Below, piece after piece: positions 28,731 through 43,126 of a stretch of 64,000 nt of DNA. A program made the translations under genes and the position numbers. The stretch lies in the NCBI GenBank assembly GCA_041663585.1, contig JBAYMN010000003.1, positions 2,438 to 66,437 of the forward strand, read 5' to 3'. Under the pieces are notes generated by a model. That model was not told the origin of the DNA and made no database searches. It saw only the letters and a list, made by a program, of their open reading frames with translations. Within the stretch, counting starts at the first letter, position 1, and every line of letters starts with the position of its first letter. The stretch comes from Clostridia bacterium. Lineage in GTDB: Bacteria > Bacillota > Clostridia > Christensenellales > UBA1242.

Positions 28731-28925
28731 TTATTCCTCAACAATTACAACTTTATCTTTATAAACTTCATCGGCGGCAATAGATATTTCTTTTAATTCG
28801 GAATTTAAAAGCATTTCAGGCATATTTTTTTGAATTTCTTTTGCCCTTTTTGCCACAATACATACAAGTTTATAACGGTTTCCTAGTTTGTCGATCAGTT
28901 TATCAATGGGCGGATATATCATCAT
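28731..28925 (-). CDS. rpoZ: RNA polymerase omega subunit
   Basis: MIYPPIDKLIDKLGNRYKLVCIVAKRAKE; own promoter TTGCAA-17-TATACT at 28962-28990. Confidence 0.93.
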   Translation of the reverse strand: MMIYPPIDKLIDKLGNRYKLVCIVAKRAKEIQKNMPEMLLNSELKEISIAADEVYKDKVVIVEE

Positions 28926-29023
28926 AAAAATTATACCTTCTTTTATTCTATAAACTAAACAAGTATACTACACACAAATACAATTTGCAAGAGTTTTGTA
29001 GCCCTTTAAGCGCTTTAACTAAA

Positions 29024-30451
29024 TTAAATATTTATAAGTTTAATAACAAGTTCATTTACTATTTGTGGATTAGCCTTTCCTTTGGTTGCTTTCATAATTT
29101 GTCCTACAAAAAATGCAAGTGCTTTTGATTTACCCGCTTTAAACTCCTCTACTGCTTGCGGATTTTGTGCTATAATTTCTCTTACAATTTTTTCAATTTC
29201 GGCCATGTCATTTACTTGCATAAGTCCCATACGGACAACTGCTTTCTCTGGGTCTTCATCTGTTTTCCAAATTTCTTCAAGTACAGTTTTAGCGACTGTA
29301 ACATTAACTTTTCCATCAGAAACCATTTTTAATAGGTCGGTGAGTTTCTTTGGATTAACGGGAATGTTTTTAAGCGATTGATTTTGACCTTTTATAAGTC
29401 TTAAAATGTCGCTCATAATAAAATTGCTTATTTCTTTTGGCTTGTTATATAATGCCAAACAATCTTCAAAATATTCGGCAGTTTCACGTTCGGAAGCAAT
29501 TAGTGTTGCATCATAAATCGGCAAATTGTATTCTGTTACATATTGCTTAATACGCTGTTCGGGTAATCTTGGCAATTTGGCCATAATGCTTTGCACATAT
29601 TCTGGCGTGACGGTAATTGGCAACAAATCAGGGTCCGGAAAATACCGGTAACTTTGTGATTCCTCTTTGTTACGCATAGCAAAACTTTGCATTTTTTCAT
29701 CACTCCAACGACGCGTTTCTTGAATAACTTTTCCGCCTTTTTCAAGTATATCAGTTTGTCTTTTAACTTCATATTCTATTCCGGCAAACACTGATCTAAA
29801 CGAACTTATATTTTTTAGTTCTGTACGAGTACCATAAACGCTAGAACCTTCGGGCATTAACGATACATTAACATCGCAACGCATTGCCCCTTGTTCCATT
29901 TTGCCAGTAGATATGCCTAAATAAACTAGTATTTGTCTAATTTTTTCTAACAGTGCAACTGCTTCTTGCGCCGAACGCAAATCCGGCTCGGTAACCATTT
30001 CTATAAGTGGAACACTGCAACGGTTAAAATCAATTAAACTTCCTTTGTTTTCGCTGTGTATAAGTTTACCGGCATCTTCCTCAACATGAATTCTATTAAG
30101 ACGAATAATTTTTGTAACACCATTTAATTCTAATTCAATATGTCCGCCTATGCAAAGTGGATACTCTAATTGTGAAATCTGATAAGCCTTAGGTAAATCA
30201 GGATAAAAATAATTTTTGCGCTCAAAAACCGAATATTTTGAAATTTTTGAGCCCATAGAAAGCCCTGCTTTGATTGCATATTCATAAACTTTACTGTTAA
30301 GAACTGGTAAAGCACCTGGAAGTCCAGTGCATACTGGACAGCAATTTGTATTAGGTGAAAAGCCAAAACCATTTTTGCACGAACAAAACACTTTTGATTC
30401 TGTACATAATTCAGCGTGTATTTCTAGTCCTATAACGGTTTGGTATTTCAT
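29024..30451 (-). CDS. gatB: Asp/Glu-tRNA amidotransferase subunit B
   Basis: VIGLEIHAEL, RKNYFYPDLPKAYQISQ, HVEEDAGK, YRYFPDPDL; start moved to ATG 30451. Confidence 0.97.
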   Translation of the reverse strand: MKYQTVIGLEIHAELCTESKVFCSCKNGFGFSPNTNCCPVCTGLPGALPVLNSKVYEYAIKAGLSMGSKISKYSVFERKNYFYPDLPKAYQISQLEYPLCIGGHIELELNGVTKIIRLNRIHVEEDAGKLIHSENKGSLIDFNRCSVPLIEMVTEPDLRSAQEAVALLEKIRQILVYLGISTGKMEQGAMRCDVNVSLMPEGSSVYGTRTELKNISSFRSVFAGIEYEVKRQTDILEKGGKVIQETRRWSDEKMQSFAMRNKEESQSYRYFPDPDLLPITVTPEYVQSIMAKLPRLPEQRIKQYVTEYNLPIYDATLIASERETAEYFEDCLALYNKPKEISNFIMSDILRLIKGQNQSLKNIPVNPKKLTDLLKMVSDGKVNVTVAKTVLEEIWKTDEDPEKAVVRMGLMQVNDMAEIEKIVREIIAQNPQAVEEFKAGKSKALAFFVGQIMKATKGKANPQIVNELVIKLINI

Positions 30452-30452
30452 A

Positions 30453-31898
30453 TTATTTGCCCTCCCAAGAATAATGCTTTTCAATATAATCAGCGGTATT
30501 AAGTAATGTGCATTCAGAGAATTTTTTACCTATTAACTGTATACCTATTGGCATATTGTTTTGTCCTTTTCCACAAGGAATAGATATCGCAGGCAATTCT
30601 GCAATATTAACTGGTACGGTATAAACATCGGCCGCATACATTTCTACTGGATTATCAGTTTTTTCGCCAAATTTGAAAGCGGTAGATGGTGTTGTCGGCG
30701 AAATAATGACATCACAAATGTTAAATGCTTTTTCAAATTCGCATTTAATAGCCTGCTGTGCTTTTTTTGCTCGCTTATAATACGCATCAAAGTATCCACT
30801 GCTTAAAACAAAATTGCCAAGCATAATCCTGCGTTTTACTTCTTCACCAAAGCCTTGTGTACGAGATTTAAAGTAAAGTTCACTTAGATTTTTATAATCT
30901 TTTGCACGCACGCCGTATTTAACGCCATCAAATCTTGATAAATTTGATGCCGCTTCGGCACACGCTACAACATAATAAACAGAAAGTGATAAATCTATGT
31001 TTTTTAAATTTATATCTACAAGTGTGGCACCATGTTGTTTTAAAAACTCTATAACACTATTTACACTTACTTTTGTTTCATCACTCATAAATAAATTAAG
31101 ATATTCTTTTGAAATACCAACTTTTAAGCCTCTAATGGAATCTGTAAAACACTTGTTATAATCAGGTAATTTAAATTTTTCAGAGGTAGAATCTTTTTCA
31201 TCACTACCTGCAATAACGCTTAGTAATAATGCGGAATCTTTAACTGTTTTTGTAAGCGGTCCTATTTGGTCAAGCGAAGATGCAAATGCAACAAGTCCAA
31301 ACCTTGATACTAAGCCATAAGTAGGTTTAAGTCCTATTAATCCACAATATGCGGCAGGCTGTCTTATAGAGCCACCCGTATCAGAGCCTAGGGACGCTAA
31401 ACATAAATTAGCGCCAACAGCAGAAGCACTACCGCCACTGCTACCACCGGGTACATACTCGTTATTAAGTGGATTTAAAACATTGCCGTATGCCGAATGT
31501 TCATTTGAACCACCCATTGCAAACTCGTCCATATTTGCTTTACCAAGTAAAACAGCATTTTGCGCATTAAGTTTTTCTACAACTGTTGCGTTATAGGGCG
31601 GAATATAATTTTTTAAAAATTTGCTTCCGCATGTTGTGCGAACACCTTTTGTTGAAATATTATCTTTAATTATGATTGGAAGTCCAGTAAGAGCAGGATA
31701 AGCGACACCACTTTGAATAATTTTGTCGGCTTTTTCGGCTGTCGCCAAAGCATCGGCTTTACAGATTGTAATAAGGGTGTTTAATTTTTTAGTCTGCTCA
31801 ATTTTTTGTAAAAATGATTTTGTTAATTCTACGCTTGTAACCTTTCGGTCTTTTAAAAGTTTTGACGCTTCTAAAAGCGTTAATAAAGTATAATCCAC
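30453..31898 (-). CDS. gatA: Asp/Glu-tRNA amidotransferase subunit A
   Basis: KDNI, GGSSGGSA, SDTGGSIRQPA amidase signature. Confidence 0.97.
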   Translation of the reverse strand: MDYTLLTLLEASKLLKDRKVTSVELTKSFLQKIEQTKKLNTLITICKADALATAEKADKIIQSGVAYPALTGLPIIIKDNISTKGVRTTCGSKFLKNYIPPYNATVVEKLNAQNAVLLGKANMDEFAMGGSNEHSAYGNVLNPLNNEYVPGGSSGGSASAVGANLCLASLGSDTGGSIRQPAAYCGLIGLKPTYGLVSRFGLVAFASSLDQIGPLTKTVKDSALLLSVIAGSDEKDSTSEKFKLPDYNKCFTDSIRGLKVGISKEYLNLFMSDETKVSVNSVIEFLKQHGATLVDINLKNIDLSLSVYYVVACAEAASNLSRFDGVKYGVRAKDYKNLSELYFKSRTQGFGEEVKRRIMLGNFVLSSGYFDAYYKRAKKAQQAIKCEFEKAFNICDVIISPTTPSTAFKFGEKTDNPVEMYAADVYTVPVNIAELPAISIPCGKGQNNMPIGIQLIGKKFSECTLLNTADYIEKHYSWEGK

Positions 31899-31909
31899 TG
31901 TATGCCCCC

Positions 31910-32197
31910 TTATTCTACCACGGCAGGAACGACTATGGCACCGGCAAAAAATTCGGGTGCATTAAGTTCTATATCCTGTACAGAAATACTTTTTTTAGGC
32001 TCATCGGCTCGTAAATCTAAACTTGCATTTAAACTACGCCCGCTTGTACAAGTACTTTCTTCTTTAAAATTTTTAACCGCATTTACGCACGATAATATAT
32101 TATCAAAATCTTTTTGCAATTTTTGCATTTCAGCATCACTAAATTTTAATGCCGATAGTTTTGCAATTTTTTCTAGTTCAAGTTTACTAACGCTCAT
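31910..32197 (-). CDS. gatC: Asp/Glu-tRNA amidotransferase subunit C
   Basis: LEKIAKLSALKF...LRADEP...NAPE...VVPAVVE; start 32197 with GGAG RBS. Confidence 0.9.
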   Translation of the reverse strand: MSVSKLELEKIAKLSALKFSDAEMQKLQKDFDNILSCVNAVKNFKEESTCTSGRSLNASLDLRADEPKKSISVQDIELNAPEFFAGAIVVPAVVE

Positions 32198-32283
32198 AAA
32201 AACTCCTTTAAGTGCTTTAAGTTTATCACAACTAATTTTTATAATCAATAAATTTTTTACATACAAAAAATATAATAATACTA

Positions 32284-36562
<4,279 letters not shown>

Positions 36563-36704
36563 AATAACACCTTTTAATTTAAGTCTATAACAGTTTAACA
36601 TTTTTAAAGACTTTTCGCAACAAAAAGGACAGAACAAAATGTTACTGCCCTATTTTTGTTAAATTAATAAAATTTTATGAAATTAATTTATTAATAATTA
36701 CAAA

Positions 36705-37121
36705 TTATTTACTACACATTTGCTTTTCTATATAATATCTTTCTTTAAGTGTTCTATATTTATCTGCTAATTTGAATACATAACGTTGTTTTGCATTACT
36801 ATCTAATTTATCATAAATTTCTCGATCAACAAGTTGTCCTATTGGATTTGTAATGTCAACACAATCATCAAGTATTTTGCATACTTTTTTATAAAGCATA
36901 TCATCTTCACATTGAATTTTACTTTTGCCATAAAGTTCTGCGTTAAGTTTGTTTATGTAATAGTTTTGAGCAACTGTTACACTTTTTCCCATTGCACGCA
37001 TATTTTCCATTGCATTGATTCGCTGAACATTTGTCTTTTGCCAATATCCATCTTTCATCCTTCGTTTTGCATTAAGAGCAAGAAGCCTTAATTCGCTTTT
37101 CTGGTTTTCCTTCATAAACAT
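36705..37121 (-). CDS. Hypothetical protein, monocistronic
   Basis: 138 aa basic ORF with AGGGG RBS; no recognisable domain. Confidence 0.75.
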   Translation of the reverse strand: MFMKENQKSELRLLALNAKRRMKDGYWQKTNVQRINAMENMRAMGKSVTVAQNYYINKLNAELYGKSKIQCEDDMLYKKVCKILDDCVDITNPIGQLVDREIYDKLDSNAKQRYVFKLADKYRTLKERYYIEKQMCSK

Positions 37122-37399
37122 TAATCCCCTAAATGTTATTTTTCCTGTATTACCCAGGTGCATATATTGTATAACAATTCATAGTAATAAGTCTTAGTGT
37201 TTACAAAAATAGACATATAATATTGTAAATAGCATTATAGTTAAATAAATTGGCATTTTTCCACAAACAAATTAGACAAATTTAAAAAAATGTATAGTAT
37301 ATTTATGCATTCAATCTACTGTTAGCGATAGTTATTGCATAAATACTTTTTCTTATCTTTTTAAAGGACTGTTATATTTAAAAATTATTTACTTGGCAT

Positions 37400-38188
37400 T
37401 TATTTGGATTTTTCACTTATGTTTTTGCACCGATTATAAATAATTTTATTCATAAATCGAACTGGAATTAGTTTACCAAAAAAATCGGCTAACTTATTTA
37501 TAAAACCAGGAATATAAACTGCTTGCCCCTTATCTGCTTTTAAAAGCGTTTTGTATGCAATAATGCCTACATTTTTAACTGAAAGCAGACTACTAAATCC
37601 GACCGCTTCAATGTTCTTAGTCCATTGCGGATTTGTAGGAATTGTTGCCGGAGTAAGTAGTGTTATACTAATATTTTGATCTTTAACTTCATAAGCAAAT
37701 GCCCTAAAAAAATTTGTTAGCATTCGCTTACTAGATGAATAAAGTGCTTTATATGGCATAGGAAATTCACCCGCCAAACTAGATACTGTAATTATTGTAA
37801 ATTTCTGACTTGTGCGTAAATTTAAAATACTGTAAGTAATATCAATCACGGATTCTACATTAACACGAATTAAATTTCTTATAATATCATTGTTTAGTGT
37901 TAAAAATTCGCCTTCATGGTCAAATCCAACAGTATTTATTAGTTTATTAAAAGTAAATCCATCTTGCTTTAAATATATAATCAAATCATTTCTTTCAGTA
38001 TCTATTGCCATATCACATACGGCATATTTTACATCAATTTTATAAGCATGCGTTAAACTCTCAGCGAGTAGTGCAAGTTTATCTTGTTTTGTGCTTGTTA
38101 GAAATAAGTTTTCGCCTCGCATTGCACAAGCCACGGCAAACGCTTTGCCTAGTCCGCCAGTTGCTCCACTTATAAATGTATATGGCAT
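37400..38188 (-). CDS. Short-chain dehydrogenase/reductase
   Basis: SGATGGLG, YSSSK catalytic motif; start 38188 with GGAGG RBS. Confidence 0.9.
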   Translation of the reverse strand: MPYTFISGATGGLGKAFAVACAMRGENLFLTSTKQDKLALLAESLTHAYKIDVKYAVCDMAIDTERNDLIIYLKQDGFTFNKLINTVGFDHEGEFLTLNNDIIRNLIRVNVESVIDITYSILNLRTSQKFTIITVSSLAGEFPMPYKALYSSSKRMLTNFFRAFAYEVKDQNISITLLTPATIPTNPQWTKNIEAVGFSSLLSVKNVGIIAYKTLLKADKGQAVYIPGFINKLADFFGKLIPVRFMNKIIYNRCKNISEKSK

Positions 38189-38313
38189 AAAAGCCTCCAA
38201 AAAATATTTATATATAATTAATACCATTTTTATTAGTTTAAGTCAAACATAATTTAAAATTTGACTATTACAATAAAGTAGGTATATAATAAAGTTTGTA
38301 AGGCGGTTGTTTT

Positions 38314-39162
38314 ATGGATAATTATAAAAACAAAATGGTATTACTTACTGGCTTTTCTGGTTCAATAGGCTATAATCTTGCACTTGAAATTTGTCGTAGT
38401 GGCGCAAAACTGATTGCCACCGATAAAAGTATAGAATTAGTAGAAAGGGCAAAAAATAGACTATTAAAAGAATTTGATTTTGCACAAATAGAAACTTTTG
38501 TATGCGATTATACAAATATTAATGGTGTTAAAGAACTTGCACAAAATGTAAAACAGTATTTAGGCGAAACCCCATTAGATTTTATATTTCATTGTGCTGG
38601 TGTATTTAATAAATGGCAAAAATTAAGCGACCAGGGCTTAGAAATGCAATTTCAAATTAATTATCTTGCACCATATATGCTAACTGAACTATTAAAAAAA
38701 AATCTACTAAAATCTGAATATTCACGAATAGTATTTTTAAGAACAAAGTTTATGTCTGCACAATTTAGCGAAAAATATTTTGAGTTGCAAAATTATAAAT
38801 CAATAAATGCCTATGCGTTTAGCAAAAATTGTGCAACTTTATATGCTTTATATTTAAACCAAAATAATCCCGAAAATATACGTGCAATAGTTATTACACC
38901 AAAAATCACAAACAGTAACTTTTTTATAAAAAACAATTTTGGTTTTTCAAAATATTTTTTTGAAAAAATCAAAGAAATGTTTGTGTTACCCTCACGATGT
39001 GCTATGGATATTTCCGAAGCAGTTAAAATTTCTGTAAATACAGGTGCGGTTAAATTAAGTGGTCGCAATCCTAAAAGAAATAGATTTTCCGAACAAGATC
39101 TTGATAACTCAAAAATTTTAATTGATTATTCAAATAAGTTTGTTGACATATATAAAAAGTAA
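38314..39162 (+). CDS. Short-chain dehydrogenase/reductase (retinol dehydrogenase / WWOX-like)
   Basis: TGFSGSIG, HCAGV, FQINYLAPYMLT, YAFSK. Confidence 0.85.
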   Translation: MDNYKNKMVLLTGFSGSIGYNLALEICRSGAKLIATDKSIELVERAKNRLLKEFDFAQIETFVCDYTNINGVKELAQNVKQYLGETPLDFIFHCAGVFNKWQKLSDQGLEMQFQINYLAPYMLTELLKKNLLKSEYSRIVFLRTKFMSAQFSEKYFELQNYKSINAYAFSKNCATLYALYLNQNNPENIRAIVITPKITNSNFFIKNNFGFSKYFFEKIKEMFVLPSRCAMDISEAVKISVNTGAVKLSGRNPKRNRFSEQDLDNSKILIDYSNKFVDIYKK

Positions 39163-39205
39163 AATCATTGTTTACTTACTCACTCTTATTTTTAAATAAA
39201 AGTAC

Positions 39206-39233
39206 AAAAAAACTGTCCGATGGACAGTTTTTT
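39206..39233. terminator. Bidirectional terminator between the SDR gene and rpsU
   Basis: A-run CTGTCC-gat-GGACAG T-run. Confidence 0.8.
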
Positions 39234-39240
39234 AAATTAA

Positions 39241-39420
39241 TTATTTTTTTAAATTTCTTTTTCTTGCCGCTTCGGCTTTATGCTTACGCTTAACACTAGG
39301 CTTTTCATATTCTTGGCGTTTACGGAGTTCGCCGATAATACCATCTTTTTGGCATTTACGCTTAAATCGTTTTAACGCACTGTCAAGAGATTCATTTTCT
39401 CCTACTTTAACAGTTGACAC
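39241..39420 (-). CDS. rpsU: 30S ribosomal protein S21 (not in ORF track)
   Basis: GTG start; [55 protein letters not shown]; promoter TTGACA-17-TAAACT at 39474-39502. Confidence 0.97.
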   Translation of the reverse strand: MSTVKVGENESLDSALKRFKRKCQKDGIIGELRKRQEYEKPSVKRKHKAEAARKRNLKK

Positions 39421-39558
39421 CCTTACTCACCTTCCTTGGGAAGTCGCCCATAGCGACCTTAATTTACTTGTATAGTTTAATAGTTAAAAGGCAATATGTC
39501 AAGCCTTTTTTTAAATATTTATTTCAGGTAAAAATGATTAAAGCAGGCGGAAAAAATG

Positions 39559-39900
39559 TTAAACAATAAAATTCATTTTTTGTCCGGATAAAATATGAAT
39601 ATGCAAGTGCATAACTCCTTGTCCGGCATCTTCACCTTGATTAACAATTAAGCGATACCCATTTTCTAAATGCAACTTCTTTGAAAGTGTGGGTATTAAT
39701 GCAATGCATTTGCCAACTACTTCGGCTTGCCCTTTTGGCATATCCTTTATAGTAGCGTAATGCATTTTTGGTATCATTAAATAATGGTATTTGCAAATTG
39801 GATTTATATCTTTAATAATAAAGCAATTCTCGTCTTCATACAGTTTTTCAGATTTAATTTTATTTTCACCTATTGCACAAAAAATACAATCATTTTTCAT
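39559..39900 (-). CDS. HIT family protein
   Basis: DCIFC N-terminus and HLHIHI histidine triad. Confidence 0.93.
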   Translation of the reverse strand: MKNDCIFCAIGENKIKSEKLYEDENCFIIKDINPICKYHYLMIPKMHYATIKDMPKGQAEVVGKCIALIPTLSKKLHLENGYRLIVNQGEDAGQGVMHLHIHILSGQKMNFIV

Positions 39901-39933
39901 TTTTTTTAATAACCTCCTAATCATCTTTTTGGT

Positions 39934-41181
39934 TTAAATTAATTCGGCTTTTAAACCATTTTTATAAAAATCGTTTAGCCTTACATTAACTACTGTATCT
40001 TCTTTTAAATTATTACCTAAAATATAAGTCATAATGTAGTTTTTTGTATAGCCTTTTGCTTCGCCATTTTCCACAGTTTCAATCAAAACGCTTTCTGTTT
40101 TTCCGATATTTTGTTGTAAAAACTCTCGTTCTAAATCTTTTGCAATTACTTTAAGTCGTGCTTCACGCTGACTTTTAATCGCAAAACTTACTTGTTTAAA
40201 TTTTTCCGCCGGAGTACCAGTTCTCAAAGAATACGGGAAAATATGAATAGTTGTAAACTTTGCTTTGCTTACCACTTCCAAGGTTTCTTCAAATTCTTGG
40301 TCTGTTTCGGTCGGAAAACCAACTATAACATCAGTAGCGATTGTAGCGTTAGGAAAATGCTTTCTAATTAGTTCCACTTTTTCTAAGTATGTAATAGAAG
40401 TATATTTACGATTCATCTTTTTTAATATTGTATCACTTCCGCTTTGCATTGATAAATGAAAATGTTCACAAAAATATGGCAAAGTTTTAAGCGCGTCTAA
40501 AAATTCTTCGGTAATTATATTTTGTTCAAGTGAACCTAATCTAATTCTAATTTTTAAATTACTTAATGCTTTAACTAACTCAATAAGGTTAGTGTTAATG
40601 TTTGAACCATAATCCGAAATATTTATACCAGTTAACACAATCTCTTTCACATTTTTCGGAAGATTACTACATTCATCAAAAATAGACTTAATATCACGCG
40701 ATCGACTACACCCTCTTAAATGTGGAATAATACAATAAGTACAATAACTATTACAACCGTCTTGTATTTTTATATATGTTCGTGTGCGTGTCGGCATTGG
40801 GTTTGATATATTCTCATAATCAATAGGTAGTGTATTTAATTTATATGATACACTATCTATAAGGTTTGCAATATTATTTCTATTTGCTGTTCCCATTACA
40901 ACCGTAACATTATCTCGCTCAATAAATTGGTTAGGATTATTTTGTGAAGCACAACCACAAACAATAATTTTAGCATTCGGCGAGTATTTACTTAGTTTAG
41001 TAATAGTTTGTCTTGATTTTTTTTCCGCCTCACTTGTAACCGCACAAGTGTTAATAATAAAAGCATCAGCCAATGAATAATCGGCTACAATTTTATGTCC
41101 TCTTTTTTTTAACACTGTGGCAAGCGAATCGCTTTCATATTGATTGACTTTACAGCCTAATGTATATATTGATATGTTCAT
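39934..41181 (-). CDS. mtaB: tRNA t6A37 methylthiotransferase
   Basis: TLGCKVNQYES, NTCAVT, QDGCNSYCTYC, TRAM-like C-terminus. Confidence 0.95.
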   Translation of the reverse strand: MNISIYTLGCKVNQYESDSLATVLKKRGHKIVADYSLADAFIINTCAVTSEAEKKSRQTITKLSKYSPNAKIIVCGCASQNNPNQFIERDNVTVVMGTANRNNIANLIDSVSYKLNTLPIDYENISNPMPTRTRTYIKIQDGCNSYCTYCIIPHLRGCSRSRDIKSIFDECSNLPKNVKEIVLTGINISDYGSNINTNLIELVKALSNLKIRIRLGSLEQNIITEEFLDALKTLPYFCEHFHLSMQSGSDTILKKMNRKYTSITYLEKVELIRKHFPNATIATDVIVGFPTETDQEFEETLEVVSKAKFTTIHIFPYSLRTGTPAEKFKQVSFAIKSQREARLKVIAKDLEREFLQQNIGKTESVLIETVENGEAKGYTKNYIMTYILGNNLKEDTVVNVRLNDFYKNGLKAELI

Positions 41182-41183
41182 AA

Positions 41184-41915
41184 TTACTCCCATTCATTTA
41201 GGTCAAACATAGTACACGCAAGTATGCTAATGGCTGCGGTTTCTGCTCGCAAAATGCGTTTACCCAGTTTAACCGACACTGCACCAACGCTCATTAATTC
41301 TTCTACTTCTTCTGTTGAAAAACCACCCTCAGAGCCTACAATTAAAGTAACAACTTTGGATTTTATATTAGTTAATGCTTGTTTTAAAGTATTTGCATTT
41401 TCATTTTCATACGCTAGTATAACATTTTTATTATTTTTGACAAATTTTAATAAATCATCAAAATTTTGCACTTCACTAATTTCTGGTATAATTGCCCGCC
41501 TGCTTTGCTTAGCCGCCGATAATGCAATTTTGTAAAATCGGTCATTTTTACTTAAACTATTTTCCGCAACCGTATATTTGCTTGTAAATGGTACAATTTT
41601 AGTAACGCCAAGTTCAGTAGCCTTTTGAATTATAAAGTCCATTTTTTCGCCTTTTACAAGCCCTTGATACAAGGTAACATTTAATCTTGGTTCAGAATTT
41701 GTATATTCTTCACTAACAATGTCTAACAAAGTTCTAGACTTTTCAATCTTGCTAACAACAGCATTATATTCTTTTCCCGTACCATCGCAGACTACTACAT
41801 TGTCACCTTGTCTTAATCTGAGCACAATAGATAAATGTCGATGTTCATCACCCATCAAAAAAACATGTCCGCCTATGATGTTACTCTTTTCGGTAAAAAA
41901 TCTTCTTTCACTCAT
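41184..41915 (-). CDS. rsmE: 16S rRNA m3U1498 methyltransferase
   Basis: HLSIVLR, QKATELG, GSEGGF, LGKRILRAETA. Confidence 0.96.
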   Translation of the reverse strand: MSERRFFTEKSNIIGGHVFLMGDEHRHLSIVLRLRQGDNVVVCDGTGKEYNAVVSKIEKSRTLLDIVSEEYTNSEPRLNVTLYQGLVKGEKMDFIIQKATELGVTKIVPFTSKYTVAENSLSKNDRFYKIALSAAKQSRRAIIPEISEVQNFDDLLKFVKNNKNVILAYENENANTLKQALTNIKSKVVTLIVGSEGGFSTEEVEELMSVGAVSVKLGKRILRAETAAISILACTMFDLNEWE

Positions 41916-41934
41916 ACTGCTCCAATTAAAATAC

Positions 41935-43089
41935 TTATTTAATACTATTTAGTTTATCTAGATACTGTTTATATTTAGTATAACTTACATCACTTGACCT
42001 TGCAAGTTTTTCAAGTTCAGATTTTGTTAATCTATCTAATGATTTTGGGAATTCTACATTTATTGTAATGTACATATCGCCCTTGGCGTTGCGTCTTAGA
42101 TTTTTTATTCCTTCACCATGGCGCTTAAATACAGTACCAGATTGTGTTAATTCAGGTACTGTAAAACTAATTTTACCATTTAATGTGGGTATTTGTATAG
42201 TTCCGCCCAAAATACTAAGTGTATAAGGAATATACACATTTAAATATAAATCATATTCTTTGCGTACAAGCAGTGCATGAGGCCTTACTTTTACTTCTAT
42301 AATTAGGTCGCCATTTATTGCGCCATCTTTACCATTGTCGCCTTCACCTCGCAATGTAATTGCTTGACCGTTATCAATTCCCGCTGGTACTTTTATTGTA
42401 ACATTTCTATTAACGCGAACTATTCCTTTGCCTAAACACTCAGTGCATTTTTGCTTTATAATTTTGCCTGTGCCACCACAAGTGCGACAAGTGCCTACAT
42501 TTACAACCCTACCAAATACAGTATCTTGTTGATAGCGTTTTTGCCCGCTACCGCCACAGTCTGAACAAGTTGCAAACTCTTTTCCATCTTTTGCACCAGT
42601 ACCATTACACTTTGTACAATTTTCCATACGAGACACTAGTACAGTTTTTTCAACACCAAAAGCCGCTTCTTCAAATGTTAAATCCAAACTTGCCGAAATA
42701 TCGGCACCCTTTGAAACACGATGCGCCGATCCGCTTGAAAAGCCACCGCCAAATATATTGCTAAAAATATCTTCAAAACCGCCAAAATTAGTTCCTCCTC
42801 CACCACCAAAGAAACTGCTAAACCCGCCACCGTTACTGGCTGACCCACCAAAGTTATTAAATGGGTTACCTTCGGCAGAACCGAAATTGTCATAATTAGA
42901 GCGTTTTTGTTCATCGCCTAATATTTCATACGCTTCATTAATATCTTTAAATTTTGCTGTGGCATCGGAGGCTTTATTTAAGTCGGGGTGATATTGTTTT
43001 GCAAGTTTGCGATATGCCGATTTAATTTCATCGGCACTCGCAGTTTTTGACACGCCCAGTATGTCATAATAGTTTTTATTTTGTGCCAT
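41935..43089 (-). CDS. dnaJ: Chaperone DnaJ
   Basis: J-domain HPD, G/F-rich linker, four CxxCxGxG repeats. Confidence 0.98.
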   Translation of the reverse strand: MAQNKNYYDILGVSKTASADEIKSAYRKLAKQYHPDLNKASDATAKFKDINEAYEILGDEQKRSNYDNFGSAEGNPFNNFGGSASNGGGFSSFFGGGGGTNFGGFEDIFSNIFGGGFSSGSAHRVSKGADISASLDLTFEEAAFGVEKTVLVSRMENCTKCNGTGAKDGKEFATCSDCGGSGQKRYQQDTVFGRVVNVGTCRTCGGTGKIIKQKCTECLGKGIVRVNRNVTIKVPAGIDNGQAITLRGEGDNGKDGAINGDLIIEVKVRPHALLVRKEYDLYLNVYIPYTLSILGGTIQIPTLNGKISFTVPELTQSGTVFKRHGEGIKNLRRNAKGDMYITINVEFPKSLDRLTKSELEKLARSSDVSYTKYKQYLDKLNSIK

Positions 43090-43126
43090 TTAATTCTCCT
43101 AAAAAGCAAAGTTGCTAGCAACAGAT

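Noticed and set aside
37273-37350. Plus-strand promoter-like sequence and hairpin as a small RNA
   Set aside because: -35/-10 spacing is poor (14-16 nt), and the hairpin at 37301-37344 is explained as the terminator of the minus-strand SDR gene.
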